Assembly (NCBI GenBank): GCA_963662465.1 | Contig: OY759599.1 | Location: forward strand, 7,360,001 to 7,424,000 | DNA length: 64,000 bases | DNA from: Desulfatiglandales bacterium | GTDB lineage: Bacteria > Desulfobacterota > DSM-4660 > Desulfatiglandales > Desulfatiglandaceae | Reading direction: 5' to 3' | Part shown: positions 20,828 through 31,138 of the stretch, one piece after another | Layout of the letters: each line of letters opens with the position of its first letter | How positions within the stretch are numbered: position 1 is the stretch's first letter | Made by a program: the position numbers and the translations under genes | The notes under the pieces: model-generated | Database searches by the model: none | The model's input: the letters and a program-made list of their open reading frames with translations, nothing else | What the model was told of the DNA's origin: nothing

Positions 20828-22693
20828 TTGGCCATGGAAAAATTGTTAAAATTAGGGTGTTTAATAAGGCTAACATGTGGAGTTTTATGGGTCGTCATTG
20901 GTGTATTGCCTGCAGAGGGGAGTTCTTTGGTAAATCGTGTCATGCCAATTGAGAAGATCATCTGGCATCCTCTGGTCATCGATTTCTTGGGGCCAGAGCT
21001 TGATGCGTCCGATTTCGACCCAAACCCATTTCTTGATTTTAAGCTGGACGTTTTTTTTAGAGGTCCAAACGGCGCCGGATATCTAGTCCCCGGGTTTTTT
21101 GATGGGGACGGGCGCGGCGGGAGCTTCGGGAATATATGGCGGGTTAAATTTACGCCGGATCGGCCCGGATATTGGACGTATGAAGTTTTTTTTCGGCAAG
21201 GTCAAAACATTGCTGTTCAACCAAATTATAGTGAAAGCCATCCAACAGCATTTAATGGAGCGGAAGGATTCTTTTTTGTTAAGGAACAAAAAAAACCGGC
21301 AGAAGGATTTCTGAGCAAAGGAAGGGCAGTCTATCATAAAGATACCTATTATCTTAAAACATTGGGAGATGGAAAGTTTTGGATAAAGGGGGGGACGAAT
21401 AGCCCGGAGAACTTTTTGGGGTATGCAGGTTTTGATAACACAAGTCCGGATCCAAATCATCCGGAGCGGTTTCATCGTTTTGAGAGTCATGCCCGACATT
21501 GGACGATTGAAGATGCGAACTGGGTTGGTGAAATGGCTGATGGCAAAAATATTATTGGGGCGCTGAATTATCTATCTTCAAAGCATGTTAACTCAATTTA
21601 TGTAAATCTCAATAACATTGGGGGTGATGGACGGGACACTTGGCCTTACAGGGGTGAAATAGACCGCGAAGGTAGTGAGGATAATGATAATAAACATTTG
21701 GACATCGGAAAATTGATGCAGTGGGAAATAGTATTTTCACACGCTCAAAAAAAAGGGATCTTTCTGCATTTTGTTCTAAATGAAGGAGAACTCAAGAATA
21801 AGATGGAGCTGGATGATGCGACCCTTGGTGTTGAAAGAAAACTGTATTATCGGGAAATGATCGCAAGGTTCGCTCATCACAACGGGATTCAATGGAATTT
21901 GTGTGAAGAATATGATGGGACGGGACTTCCATTGAGTCCTGATAACATAAAAATTTGGGCTGGCTTTATCAAAGGTATGGACCCGTATGGTCACCCAGTG
22001 ACGGTTCACAATTGGGATCCGTCCGCATGGTATCCGTTTTACGGTGATGAGCGATTTGGCCTTATATCGTATCAGTATCGGGGAGATATGAGTTATGGCG
22101 TGAAGGTTGAGCATATGCGGAAACAAGCCTTTGAAGCGGGGAAAGTTATCCCTGTCTGTATCGATGAGAGCCACCATACTTCCCGGGAAAACAGCTACGG
22201 GTGTTCTGTTTTGGGCTGGCTTTATAAATGCGGTCAGCAGAGCATTCGGAAAAGGATCATCTATCCTGTCTATTTTTCCGGTGGTTCTGTTGAACTCATT
22301 CTTGAAGATCTTCTCGAAACGGAAGATTTTGAGATATATGAAAGGGTATGGGATTATATGTTTTATGCACGGTCATTTCTTCAGGCTCTTCCGTTTTGGG
22401 ATATGTCGCCCAATGACCATCTTTTGATCGGGGAAGAAGGTGATGGGGAAGTTTTTTCAAGCAAAACAGTCTTTGCTATTTTTCTCCCTGAGGGGGGGGG
22501 AAGTTTTTTTGATTTGCGTGAAACTCCCGGGTTTTTCATAAAACGATGGTATAATCCTCGCAAAGGGGTTTTTGAAGGCGATTGTTCTATACTAAGGGGG
22601 GGCCGTATTGTTTCTCTCGGGTTGCCGCCAAGTGTCATATCCGATGATTGGGTGCTGATGGTTGAACCCCTGGCTTTTTTTAGAAGTTTATAA
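20828..22693 (+). CDS. Secreted DUF5060-type putative glycoside hydrolase-like protein
   Basis: Signal peptide; 'NPFLD..VPGFFDGDG..WRVKFTPDRPGYWTY', 'YYREMIARF', 'WNLCEE', 'WYNPRKG','DWVL'. Confidence 0.75.
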   Translation: MAMEKLLKLGCLIRLTCGVLWVVIGVLPAEGSSLVNRVMPIEKIIWHPLVIDFLGPELDASDFDPNPFLDFKLDVFFRGPNGAGYLVPGFFDGDGRGGSFGNIWRVKFTPDRPGYWTYEVFFRQGQNIAVQPNYSESHPTAFNGAEGFFFVKEQKKPAEGFLSKGRAVYHKDTYYLKTLGDGKFWIKGGTNSPENFLGYAGFDNTSPDPNHPERFHRFESHARHWTIEDANWVGEMADGKNIIGALNYLSSKHVNSIYVNLNNIGGDGRDTWPYRGEIDREGSEDNDNKHLDIGKLMQWEIVFSHAQKKGIFLHFVLNEGELKNKMELDDATLGVERKLYYREMIARFAHHNGIQWNLCEEYDGTGLPLSPDNIKIWAGFIKGMDPYGHPVTVHNWDPSAWYPFYGDERFGLISYQYRGDMSYGVKVEHMRKQAFEAGKVIPVCIDESHHTSRENSYGCSVLGWLYKCGQQSIRKRIIYPVYFSGGSVELILEDLLETEDFEIYERVWDYMFYARSFLQALPFWDMSPNDHLLIGEEGDGEVFSSKTVFAIFLPEGGGSFFDLRETPGFFIKRWYNPRKGVFEGDCSILRGGRIVSLGLPPSVISDDWVLMVEPLAFFRSL

Positions 22694-22695
22694 AG

Positions 22696-23763
22696 ATGAA
22701 AAGAAATATCAGAGTTTGCTATGTGGCTGGAAGAGAGGCTGGTTATTCGCGGAGCCGTACCGTGATTGCGGCACTCAGGCTTGCAGGCTTTGAGGTGGCG
22801 ACGTGTCTACCCAAGAATAAGCGATTTTCAAATTACCCACAAATCATCCTGGATTTTCTGAGAAAAAAAAAGGGTTGTGATCTTGTGATGGTGGGTTTTT
22901 ATGGGCAGCTGCTTCTACCTCCTGTTTGGATTTTTTCAAGAAAGCCCATCCTTTTTGATCTTTATATTACCACGTTCGGTACGATGATAGATGATCGCCA
23001 AAAAGCAAGGGCGGGGAGCTTGCTGGGAAAGCTTTTTTGGCTGCTGGATAAAATATCAATGACCTTTGCCAAAACCATTTTGATTGAGACGCGAGATCAT
23101 ATAAAGGTATATGCCAAAGGTTTTCGCATACCGGAAAATAAATTCAGACAAGTTTTTTTGGCGTTGGATCCGGTGATTGTAAGGCCTAAACCGCCTGACC
23201 GCGACTCTGGAAAATTCCTGGTTCATTTCCACGGCGAATATGCTCCTTTTCACGGTGTGAAATTTATTTTAAAGGCCGCGGATCTTCTTCGAGATGAAAA
23301 TGTGGAATTTCAGATTATTGGAAAGGGAATCACCTGGGACCAGGATATGCGACTGGCTCGAGAGCTCAATTTAAAAAATTGTAGATTTATCGATTGGGTG
23401 CCTTATGAAGAACTCGCTGATTATATGTCAAAGGCCCAAGTCTGTCTGGGTATCTTCGGGGAGAACCCCAGAACATCGCGGGTTTTGACCAATAAGGTAA
23501 TTGAATGTCTTGCCGTGGCAAAGCCCCTCATTACGGCAAAGAACAATAGTGTTCAGGAACTGGTGAAAAATGGTGAAAGTGCAATCCTTATCGATCGGGC
23601 TGACCCCGAAGCTATTGCCGCGGCTGTTCGCCGATTAATGAGGAATTCAATGTTGAGGAAGAGGATAGGGCGAGCCGGATATGAGATTTTCCTGCAAAAT
23701 TGTACGCTATCTGTTTTTTCAAATCGTTTAAAACGTATTGTACAGGAGATGATACCGCATTGA
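22696..23763 (+). CDS. Glycosyltransferase family 4
   Basis: 'FHGEYAPFHG', 'LGIFG', 'NKVIECLAVAKPLIT'. Confidence 0.88.
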   Translation: MKRNIRVCYVAGREAGYSRSRTVIAALRLAGFEVATCLPKNKRFSNYPQIILDFLRKKKGCDLVMVGFYGQLLLPPVWIFSRKPILFDLYITTFGTMIDDRQKARAGSLLGKLFWLLDKISMTFAKTILIETRDHIKVYAKGFRIPENKFRQVFLALDPVIVRPKPPDRDSGKFLVHFHGEYAPFHGVKFILKAADLLRDENVEFQIIGKGITWDQDMRLARELNLKNCRFIDWVPYEELADYMSKAQVCLGIFGENPRTSRVLTNKVIECLAVAKPLITAKNNSVQELVKNGESAILIDRADPEAIAAAVRRLMRNSMLRKRIGRAGYEIFLQNCTLSVFSNRLKRIVQEMIPH

Positions 23764-24785
23764 ATCGATCCGACTTCAATTACAACGCCCTTGGCGGGAA
23801 AAATGTACTTATCACAGGTGGGCTTGGATTTATCGGAAGCAGTATTGCACGTCGTTGTGTTCAATTGGGTGCAAGGGTTACGTTATTGGATGCCTGCCTT
23901 GAACCTTATGGGTGGAATTATGCCAATGTCGAGGGAATTAGGGAAAGCGTTGAAATCGTGGAAGGCGATGTGAGAGATTTTCATCTGATGGAAGATCTGG
24001 TATCCGGTAAAGAGATCGTGTTTCACATGGCTGGTCAGGTCGGCAGAGAGATTTCTATGGAAAAACCTGTTTTGGATATGGAGATAAATTGTGCTGGGAC
24101 AATCAATTTGCTCGAGGCGTGTCGCAAGGGAGTTCATCACCCGAAAGTTGTTTTTGCCGGATCCCGTGGCCAAATTGGGGAACCGCTCTATATGCCTGTA
24201 GATGAAAAACATCCTGAAAACCCAACCGATGTTTATGGTATCAACAAAATGGCGGCTGAGAGGTATCTGTTTTTGTACGGGTCGTTATATGGATTTCCCG
24301 TGGCATCGTTGCGCCTAAATAATATTTATGGGCCCCGCTGTCAGATGCATGCCGGTTTTTATGGTATTCTAAATTGGTTCATGTCCAATGCTATGACGGG
24401 GAAACCGATAACGATATATGGAGAAGGTCGCCAGACCAGGGATTACCTTTACATATCCGACGTGGTGGATGCTTTTATCCGCGCAGCGGTTCTGGAGGAG
24501 GCCGATCAAGAGGTCTTCATGGTGGGGTCAGGTGTAGAGACGGTGTTTGTTGAAATGGTGAATGAGGTGGTGCAAGCCACAGGGGAGGGGAGGGTGATTC
24601 ATGTCAAGTTCCCTGAAAATCGGCAAAAGATTGATATTCAGAGATTTGTTGCGGATGTGGGTAAAGCTGAAATTATACTTGGCTGGAAACCTCTGGTGGA
24701 TTTGAAGACCGGCATTCGGGAAACCTATGCTTTTTATAAAAAAAATGGGGTTCTGGAAAAATATCTTCACCACCGTTCAGAATGA
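23760..24785 (+). CDS. NAD-dependent nucleotide-sugar epimerase/dehydratase
   Basis: 'ITGGLGFIGS', YGINK (YxxxK), 'NIYGPR', 'QTRDYLYISD'; TTG start overlapping upstream stop. Confidence 0.9.
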   Translation: MNRSDFNYNALGGKNVLITGGLGFIGSSIARRCVQLGARVTLLDACLEPYGWNYANVEGIRESVEIVEGDVRDFHLMEDLVSGKEIVFHMAGQVGREISMEKPVLDMEINCAGTINLLEACRKGVHHPKVVFAGSRGQIGEPLYMPVDEKHPENPTDVYGINKMAAERYLFLYGSLYGFPVASLRLNNIYGPRCQMHAGFYGILNWFMSNAMTGKPITIYGEGRQTRDYLYISDVVDAFIRAAVLEEADQEVFMVGSGVETVFVEMVNEVVQATGEGRVIHVKFPENRQKIDIQRFVADVGKAEIILGWKPLVDLKTGIRETYAFYKKNGVLEKYLHHRSE

Positions 24786-25828
24786 ATCAGGGAAAAGATT
24801 ATAATCGTTTCTTTATAATGACGATTAAAAACCTAAACAGGGGGGGAGGGGTTCATTTGACCATAGCGGGTGCTCATGCAAAAGAACTGGCAGGCAGCCC
24901 ATATGCAAGCGTTGTCATGCCTTGTTATAATGCGCGAAAAACAATTGCTGCTTCGCTGGATGCCATATTCAATCAGCAAGTTGATTTTAAATATGAGGTC
25001 GTTATTGTTGACAGCAGCGATGACGGAACCGACGATATTATTCGCAGCCGTTTTCCGCAAGTTCGCCTTATTCACCTCAATCGATTAGAAATGCCGGGTT
25101 CCAAGAGAAATCTCGGCGTGCGTTATGCGAGAGGGGAGATTGTTGTTTTTACTGATTCGGATTGCATTCCGGTCCCTGACTGGTTAACTCAAATAGCCGC
25201 GTATCACCAAAAAATCGATACGGAGGGCATTGGGGGATGCGTGATTAATGGATACCCCGCCAGCCTGGCTACATGGGTCAGTCATTTGATAGAATTCAGT
25301 GAATGGACGGAAAAAACACCCAAAGGATATGTTAGAAATAATCCGTCATGCAATATTTCCTTCAAAAGGGAAATGTTCCGGAAACTCGGTGTTTTTTTTA
25401 CGGATACTTTTCCTACGGAGGACACGCTTTTCAATTGGACCGTGCATGAAAAAGGGGGAAGAATATATTTTACACCGAGGATCCGCGTGGTTCATATGAA
25501 GCAAGTGAAAATGCGTGATCTGCTTTCTTATCAGGTTGAAATGGGCAAGGGTGCCGCTGAGGCCAGGCGAATTTCTACTCTTCCAGGTAAAATATTTACA
25601 AAATACAGTATCTTGTGCTTAGGACTTCCGTTTATTAGGTGGGCAAGAGCAACTGTGAGGTTTGCCAAAAATGATTTGAAAACTTTGTTGTTGTTTTGGC
25701 TTTTGACTCCTTTCTATTTGGCGGCTACCGAGGCCTGGAGTGTGGGTTTTATGACCCCTAAGCGGTTTAGAAAGACAACCTATGAGGTAGAGGGTCCTCT
25801 GTTGGATTCGACTAGCCTATCAAAATAG
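24782..25828 (+). CDS. Glycosyltransferase family 2
   Basis: 'VVMPCYN', 'VDSSDD', 'FTDSDC', 'TED'; true start may be downstream. Confidence 0.88.
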   Translation: MNQGKDYNRFFIMTIKNLNRGGGVHLTIAGAHAKELAGSPYASVVMPCYNARKTIAASLDAIFNQQVDFKYEVVIVDSSDDGTDDIIRSRFPQVRLIHLNRLEMPGSKRNLGVRYARGEIVVFTDSDCIPVPDWLTQIAAYHQKIDTEGIGGCVINGYPASLATWVSHLIEFSEWTEKTPKGYVRNNPSCNISFKREMFRKLGVFFTDTFPTEDTLFNWTVHEKGGRIYFTPRIRVVHMKQVKMRDLLSYQVEMGKGAAEARRISTLPGKIFTKYSILCLGLPFIRWARATVRFAKNDLKTLLLFWLLTPFYLAATEAWSVGFMTPKRFRKTTYEVEGPLLDSTSLSK

Positions 25829-25941
25829 ATATGAAATCAAAATATCCTTCCGAGATGCATATCGGAAGCAGCCCTTATAGAAGGGGCTGATCAATTAATT
25901 TGGCAGCCCATAAGATCAGCTGCTCTTTTCATGCTTTTTAA

Positions 25942-27171
25942 ATGAATAAAGCCGTTTCCGGTTCATTCTATCTTTCATTGGCCCAATGCATATTTGCCAT
26001 TTCTGGATATTTGGTTAATATTGGCTTGGCGCGTGTTCTAGGGCCTGAAGTATACGGGCAATATGGTGTTACGATTTCGGTTCTCGTGTGGTTGGAGATT
26101 CTTCTTTCTACGGGTCTCTCAACGGCTACCACTAAAATGGTTGCTGAGAAATCCGAGTCGGCTGGAAGCATCGCCTGGTTGTTTTTGCGGTATATGGGCA
26201 TATGTTCTCTGATATTATTTATCGTGGTCATGGGACTGGGGGGATTTATGGCAAAATGGCTTTCCGATGAGCAATTAGAGATTTATATTCGGATAGCCGC
26301 AATCGACCTGCTTTTTTACGGTTATCTCAAGATTTTAATGGCGGTACATAACGGGGTCAGAAAATATGCCGGAACCTCGGTTATCATCATTGTATATGCC
26401 ATATCGAAGGCGGTATTTATCTTGGGGTTAGCGGGTTTCGGATTTTCTATTGAGGGGGCGCTTGTCGGCAATTTCATTGCGACCCTTATGGGGTTAATTG
26501 CTGGCTTTTTTTTAGTAATTCGACTGGATGATGCTCCCTTGGAAACAAAGGAGGTTATGCCCGCATTAAAACTCACTTTCCCTTCAACCATTTGGGCAGT
26601 GTGCATTATTTTGTTGATGTCAACGGATCTTTGGGTGGCCAAAGCGATCATTGGGGGGCAGCAGATTGGATATTATGTGGCTGCTGCTGCTCTCGCAAGG
26701 ATCGTATACCTTCTTTCAACCGGTATCAGAATTATCGTACTCCCGGAAATTTCAAAATTGATTGCCTGTGGTAATTATGGAAAGGCCAAAGAGTCTTTGA
26801 TAAGAATGACAATAGGTTTTTTGCCGGTGCTTCTGGGCTTGACGGTTTTTTTGAATGTTTTTTCAGAAAGGATAATTTCAATTGTATATTCAGTTTCTTA
26901 TAAACCGGCTGCCCCCTTATTGAGTATTATGGTTGTGGGATACTTTGCCCTGACTTATTGTGAGTTTTTTTCACGTGCTCTTACGGCTATAGGAAAGGTT
27001 TGGCATAGTGCGGGTATCTTTTTATTTATCAGCCTTTGCTCAATACCTATAAATATTTTTCTTATTAAAAAATTTGGTATTTTGGGGGCCGCTTATGGCC
27101 TGGTTATACTTAGCTGTATCGGCGCTTTGACAAGCGGTATCTTTGTTTTTCATGCTTTAAGATCACGATAA
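25942..27171 (+). CDS. wzx: Wzx-type oligosaccharide flippase (MOP superfamily)
   Basis: 'LARVLGPEVYGQY', 'IGYYVAA', 'LIKKFGILGAA'; about 12 TM segments. Confidence 0.88.
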   Translation: MNKAVSGSFYLSLAQCIFAISGYLVNIGLARVLGPEVYGQYGVTISVLVWLEILLSTGLSTATTKMVAEKSESAGSIAWLFLRYMGICSLILFIVVMGLGGFMAKWLSDEQLEIYIRIAAIDLLFYGYLKILMAVHNGVRKYAGTSVIIIVYAISKAVFILGLAGFGFSIEGALVGNFIATLMGLIAGFFLVIRLDDAPLETKEVMPALKLTFPSTIWAVCIILLMSTDLWVAKAIIGGQQIGYYVAAAALARIVYLLSTGIRIIVLPEISKLIACGNYGKAKESLIRMTIGFLPVLLGLTVFLNVFSERIISIVYSVSYKPAAPLLSIMVVGYFALTYCEFFSRALTAIGKVWHSAGIFLFISLCSIPINIFLIKKFGILGAAYGLVILSCIGALTSGIFVFHALRSR

Positions 27172-27243
27172 CTGACTTTGAGGCATGCGTAGGTTGAGGT
27201 CGTTCGTCTTGTGCAAAAATGAACCCAAAATTTTCCAGAAAAG

Positions 27244-28146
27244 ATGATGAGGACCCCATTTGTGAAGCAAAATTCAAATTATGCTATTGACTTTATTGGC
27301 GTAGGAGCGCGAAAGGCCGGTACGACATGGATTGCCGATTGTCTTTGGGGACACCCTGAAATTTGTATAAGTCAACCAAAAGAAATAAACTATTTCAATG
27401 AAATTCTGACTACCCTTCTCAATACTCGCAATAGGAACTTTAATAAATCCATGAAATGGTATATGCAGCATTATGCCCATTGCAGGGAAGGGCGGAAAAA
27501 AGGTGAATTTTGCGTCAATTACTTGAAGGACCCAAAGGCCGCTTATCGTATAAAGGACCTGTTTCCCGATGTGAAGATTATTATATGTTTAAGAGACCCA
27601 GTTGACAGAGCCTATTCTGATTATAACATGTTTCATCATTATGTATCCCGAGAAAAAACTGCAACATTTGAAGCGGCTATAGCAAAAAACCCAAATTATT
27701 TAAAATCAAGCTTGTATTTTGACGATGTGAAGAAGTTTATTCAACTATTTGGCAGGGAAAAAGTTCACTGTATCTTGATGGATGATATTAAAGTTGATCC
27801 AAAATCCGTTATATTTAATCTTTATGGTTTTTTGGGTGTGGCTCAGGATTTTAGTCCATACGCAATTAAAGGAGCTTCAAATGAGTCCAAATATGTAAAA
27901 TTTAAATATTTTGGAAGATTTGTTTTTCATGTCAAAAGAATTATGGTCAGGCTTAAACTCAATTCATTGCTAGAACTGATGAAGATAACAGGGATGGATC
28001 AGAAGTTGATGCAAATTGGTTCAAAAGAATATAAATTTGGAAAGGTCAATCTCTCTACGAGATCGGCCCAGATTGGATACTTTCTAAAGGATATCGAAAA
28101 GCTTGAGTCATTGATGGATAGGGATCTTTCGGTATGGAAAAAGTAG
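27244..28146 (+). CDS. PAPS-dependent sulfotransferase
   Basis: 5'-PSB 'GARKAGTTW', 'KEINYF', 3'-PB 'LRDPVDRAYS'. Confidence 0.92.
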   Translation: MMRTPFVKQNSNYAIDFIGVGARKAGTTWIADCLWGHPEICISQPKEINYFNEILTTLLNTRNRNFNKSMKWYMQHYAHCREGRKKGEFCVNYLKDPKAAYRIKDLFPDVKIIICLRDPVDRAYSDYNMFHHYVSREKTATFEAAIAKNPNYLKSSLYFDDVKKFIQLFGREKVHCILMDDIKVDPKSVIFNLYGFLGVAQDFSPYAIKGASNESKYVKFKYFGRFVFHVKRIMVRLKLNSLLELMKITGMDQKLMQIGSKEYKFGKVNLSTRSAQIGYFLKDIEKLESLMDRDLSVWKK

Positions 28147-28190
28147 GATGAGGGTGGATCGATAAAAGGGTGACTGAGCATTTGTGAAAG

Positions 28191-28964
28191 GTGACGCGTG
28201 AATCTATTATCGTTTTTTCAGTGAAGGTTGAGGGTTTATTGGTGGCCAACTATTCTCTTAGAGATATTAAAGTCCTATATGCAGTGTATTTAGGGTATAC
28301 TCCCCCATCTTTTTGGGCGTATGTCAAAGAATCTGTTGTTAAAGGGGCTCTTGGGTGGATACCGGGAATTGTGGGGGTTTTCGCAAGGAACTTTGGATAT
28401 CGTTTTCTCTTCAAAAAAATCGAGGGATTGGCGGTGATTCTTCAAGGCGTTGATTTCAGGGGGTGTCCTTCCATTTTTCTCGAGGATAGGGTCAAGCTCC
28501 GAAAGGGCGTCAGCATAAGGTCTTTTTACTGTCATAACACCATCCATTTAGGGCGAAACAGTTCAGTTCATGAATACACCATCATTAAGTCAAAGGGGGG
28601 CGATATTTTTATTGGGGAAAACACCTTTATTTCCTCGTTCGTGAATATCTCTGCGGTTGGGAATGTCTATATCGGGAAAAATGTAATGTTGGCTAACGGC
28701 TGTCGAATCGAAACAGGAACACATGGTTTTGGGAATTTGAATCATCCCATAAAGGAACAGAAGGTCGAGTCGCACGGCATCAATATTGGAGACGATTGCT
28801 GGTTGGGAGCAGGGGTAAAGGTTATGGATAATGTAACAGTGGGCCAGGGATCGGTTCTTGGCGCTGGTTCTGTTGTCACAAGAGATGTCCCTCCCTATTC
28901 GATTGCAGTTGGGGTGCCTGCTCGGCTGATAAAAAAAAGGGACGGGGAATTTTTGGAGAAATAA
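28191..28964 (+). CDS. Hexapeptide-repeat (LbH) O-acyltransferase
   Basis: 'IGDDCWLGAGV..VTVGQGSVLGAGSVVTRDVPPYSIAVGVPAR'; start uncertain. Confidence 0.9.
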   Translation: MTRESIIVFSVKVEGLLVANYSLRDIKVLYAVYLGYTPPSFWAYVKESVVKGALGWIPGIVGVFARNFGYRFLFKKIEGLAVILQGVDFRGCPSIFLEDRVKLRKGVSIRSFYCHNTIHLGRNSSVHEYTIIKSKGGDIFIGENTFISSFVNISAVGNVYIGKNVMLANGCRIETGTHGFGNLNHPIKEQKVESHGINIGDDCWLGAGVKVMDNVTVGQGSVLGAGSVVTRDVPPYSIAVGVPARLIKKRDGEFLEK

Positions 28965-29009
28965 AGTCGTTTATGGCTTTATTTTTTTTGGTTTCTGTTA
29001 GGAGGAACA

Positions 29010-30044
29010 ATGGAAAAGGCTCAATTAAGAACCCTTGTTAAAACGGGGCTGAGGCTCGCTAGATCTTTTATGTATTATTCAAATTTTTCACCCTTGCCGT
29101 TCAGGATTCAAGTGGATCTTACGGATCGGTGTAATTTTCTATGCCCTACCTGTTCAAAATGGAAAGTCAAGCCTGGGATAGAGATGAGTTCTTCGGAATG
29201 GCGAGAAATATTCATGAAGTTGAGAAACAAAACGTTGACGGGGCGTATTTCCTTTGGGGGTGGAGAGGTTACGCTTAGAGAGGATCTTTGCGATTTAATC
29301 CGATATGCAAAAGATGCCAAGTTAAGTGTCTCAATGGTTACAAATGGGTTCCTATTGACTGATGAGATGCTTCATGAATTTGAAAAGGCCGGACTTGATA
29401 GCCTGGTCATATCCCTCAATGGCGTTAATAGAGATACTCATGACCCAAGCCGGGGAATCGACGGTAGTTTTGACAGAATTATGTCCATATTATCCAGAGT
29501 CGACCGTTTTAATCTGAAAATCAATATCGAAACCATCATTCTGGGAACAAATATTGAAGAAATTATACCCCTTGCCAGGATGGTAAAAGAGAAAAAATTG
29601 TATGGTATCCATTATCAGTGCTTTGTAGATGTTGGCGCCCATTATGCCCTGATCAAAGATAAAATGTCGGATGTGCCCGATGATTGGTATGAGAAAAATG
29701 AATTTTGGATAAAGGATCCAGCAAGGACTGCCGCAGTGATTCGGCAATTGATAGATATGCAGAGTAATGGCTATCCGATATTGAACCCAACGGATCAGCT
29801 TAAAAAGATGATACAATATTATACGTCTCCACAAAGTGTAAAGGAGTTGAAGTGCCTAGGGGGAATTTCGACATTTTATGTAGATCCTTATGGAGAAGTG
29901 AGACTGTGTTACGGTTTTGAGTCCATTGGGAATATAAAAGACAGCAAGCCGTTGACATTGTGGAATTCATCTAAAGCGAGGGAGATCAGGAGAAAGACCA
30001 AAAAATGTGACAAAATGTGTCGATTATTGAACAATAATTACTGA
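29010..30044 (+). CDS. Radical SAM protein with SPASM/Twitch-type C-terminus
   Basis: CNFLCPTC (CxxxCxxC), 'GGGE', 'TNG', C-terminal C..'VDPYGEVRLC'..CDKMC. Confidence 0.92.
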   Translation: MEKAQLRTLVKTGLRLARSFMYYSNFSPLPFRIQVDLTDRCNFLCPTCSKWKVKPGIEMSSSEWREIFMKLRNKTLTGRISFGGGEVTLREDLCDLIRYAKDAKLSVSMVTNGFLLTDEMLHEFEKAGLDSLVISLNGVNRDTHDPSRGIDGSFDRIMSILSRVDRFNLKINIETIILGTNIEEIIPLARMVKEKKLYGIHYQCFVDVGAHYALIKDKMSDVPDDWYEKNEFWIKDPARTAAVIRQLIDMQSNGYPILNPTDQLKKMIQYYTSPQSVKELKCLGGISTFYVDPYGEVRLCYGFESIGNIKDSKPLTLWNSSKAREIRRKTKKCDKMCRLLNNNY

Positions 30045-30111
30045 AAGTTCGCAGAACGAGAAAAACTATTCCGGGTTCTTTTGTATCGAAGAACAGGAAC
30101 GGTGTAAGGAG

Positions 30112-31023
30112 ATGGATATGATAAGCGTAATTGTTACAACTCAAAACCAGGTCCATCAGGTGGAATCATCGATCCGCTCAATTGTTAATCAGGCTTTTGA
30201 GGAGGACTACGAAATTATCGTCGTTGACGATGGATCAACCGATAGCACCGCTGGTGAAATAAGAGATGTATTCGGACAAGATATCAGGATCATTGAAAAA
30301 GAGATAGCCGATGGCTGGCTGAAATCTCTTTCAATTGGTTGCAGGGAAGCTTCCGGAGAATTGCTGGTTGTATGTGATCCCCATTGTATTGTAACACCGA
30401 ATTGGCTTGAAATTATCTCTCGGAGTTTTCGCTTGGATCCAGCGCTTTCAATTATGACGGGGCCTGCGATTCACGGGGATCGGTTCATGCAAAAATTGTC
30501 GGCATTGACCTTCCATTCCCAATTTACATCACAAAAAAAGGAAAATGTACCTTATATTTTTGATGATAATTTTGCCATAAGAAAAAATGTGCTGGCGCGA
30601 TTGCTGTCGAATCTGTCTACGATACAGACTGTGAATGATGGAGTCGGTTGCGCACTTTTATCCTCTCAGGCAAAACAACAGGGAATCCCTGTTCTCTATG
30701 AACCTCGAATGGCCGCGTTTCACGTATCTCCCGACTTTAAGGGGTATCTATATGAATGGAAGGCCGTTACCGCTGAGAATACCATTGATATCCGATTGCT
30801 CGATCCGACGGTTCGAGGTGCAGGCTTATTGAAGCATCTGTCTCTGGCCCCTGTTATATACCCAACGGTTCGGGTCCTCTTGGACGTCAGGAACGCCGTG
30901 CGGTATAAAAAGGTATTGGGGTTGCGTTACAGGGAATTACCATTTCTTTTTATGGCCGATATCATCGGGAAGATCTGGTATTGTCGAGGCCTGATCAGTG
31001 TCATTCAAATGCGAAGGAAATGA
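30112..31023 (+). CDS. Glycosyltransferase family 2, atypical (DPH in place of DxD)
   Basis: 'ISVIV', 'IIVVDDGSTD', 'VVCDPHC'. Confidence 0.75.
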   Translation: MDMISVIVTTQNQVHQVESSIRSIVNQAFEEDYEIIVVDDGSTDSTAGEIRDVFGQDIRIIEKEIADGWLKSLSIGCREASGELLVVCDPHCIVTPNWLEIISRSFRLDPALSIMTGPAIHGDRFMQKLSALTFHSQFTSQKKENVPYIFDDNFAIRKNVLARLLSNLSTIQTVNDGVGCALLSSQAKQQGIPVLYEPRMAAFHVSPDFKGYLYEWKAVTAENTIDIRLLDPTVRGAGLLKHLSLAPVIYPTVRVLLDVRNAVRYKKVLGLRYRELPFLFMADIIGKIWYCRGLISVIQMRRK

Positions 31024-31138
31024 TGTTCAAAATGTCTATGATCCAATTAATTGAAATCCATTAAATTTAATCTGACTATTAAAAAGAAGATATTGGATAA
31101 TTTTTTACAAAAAAGGAAATCGTTCACAGTAAGTCATC

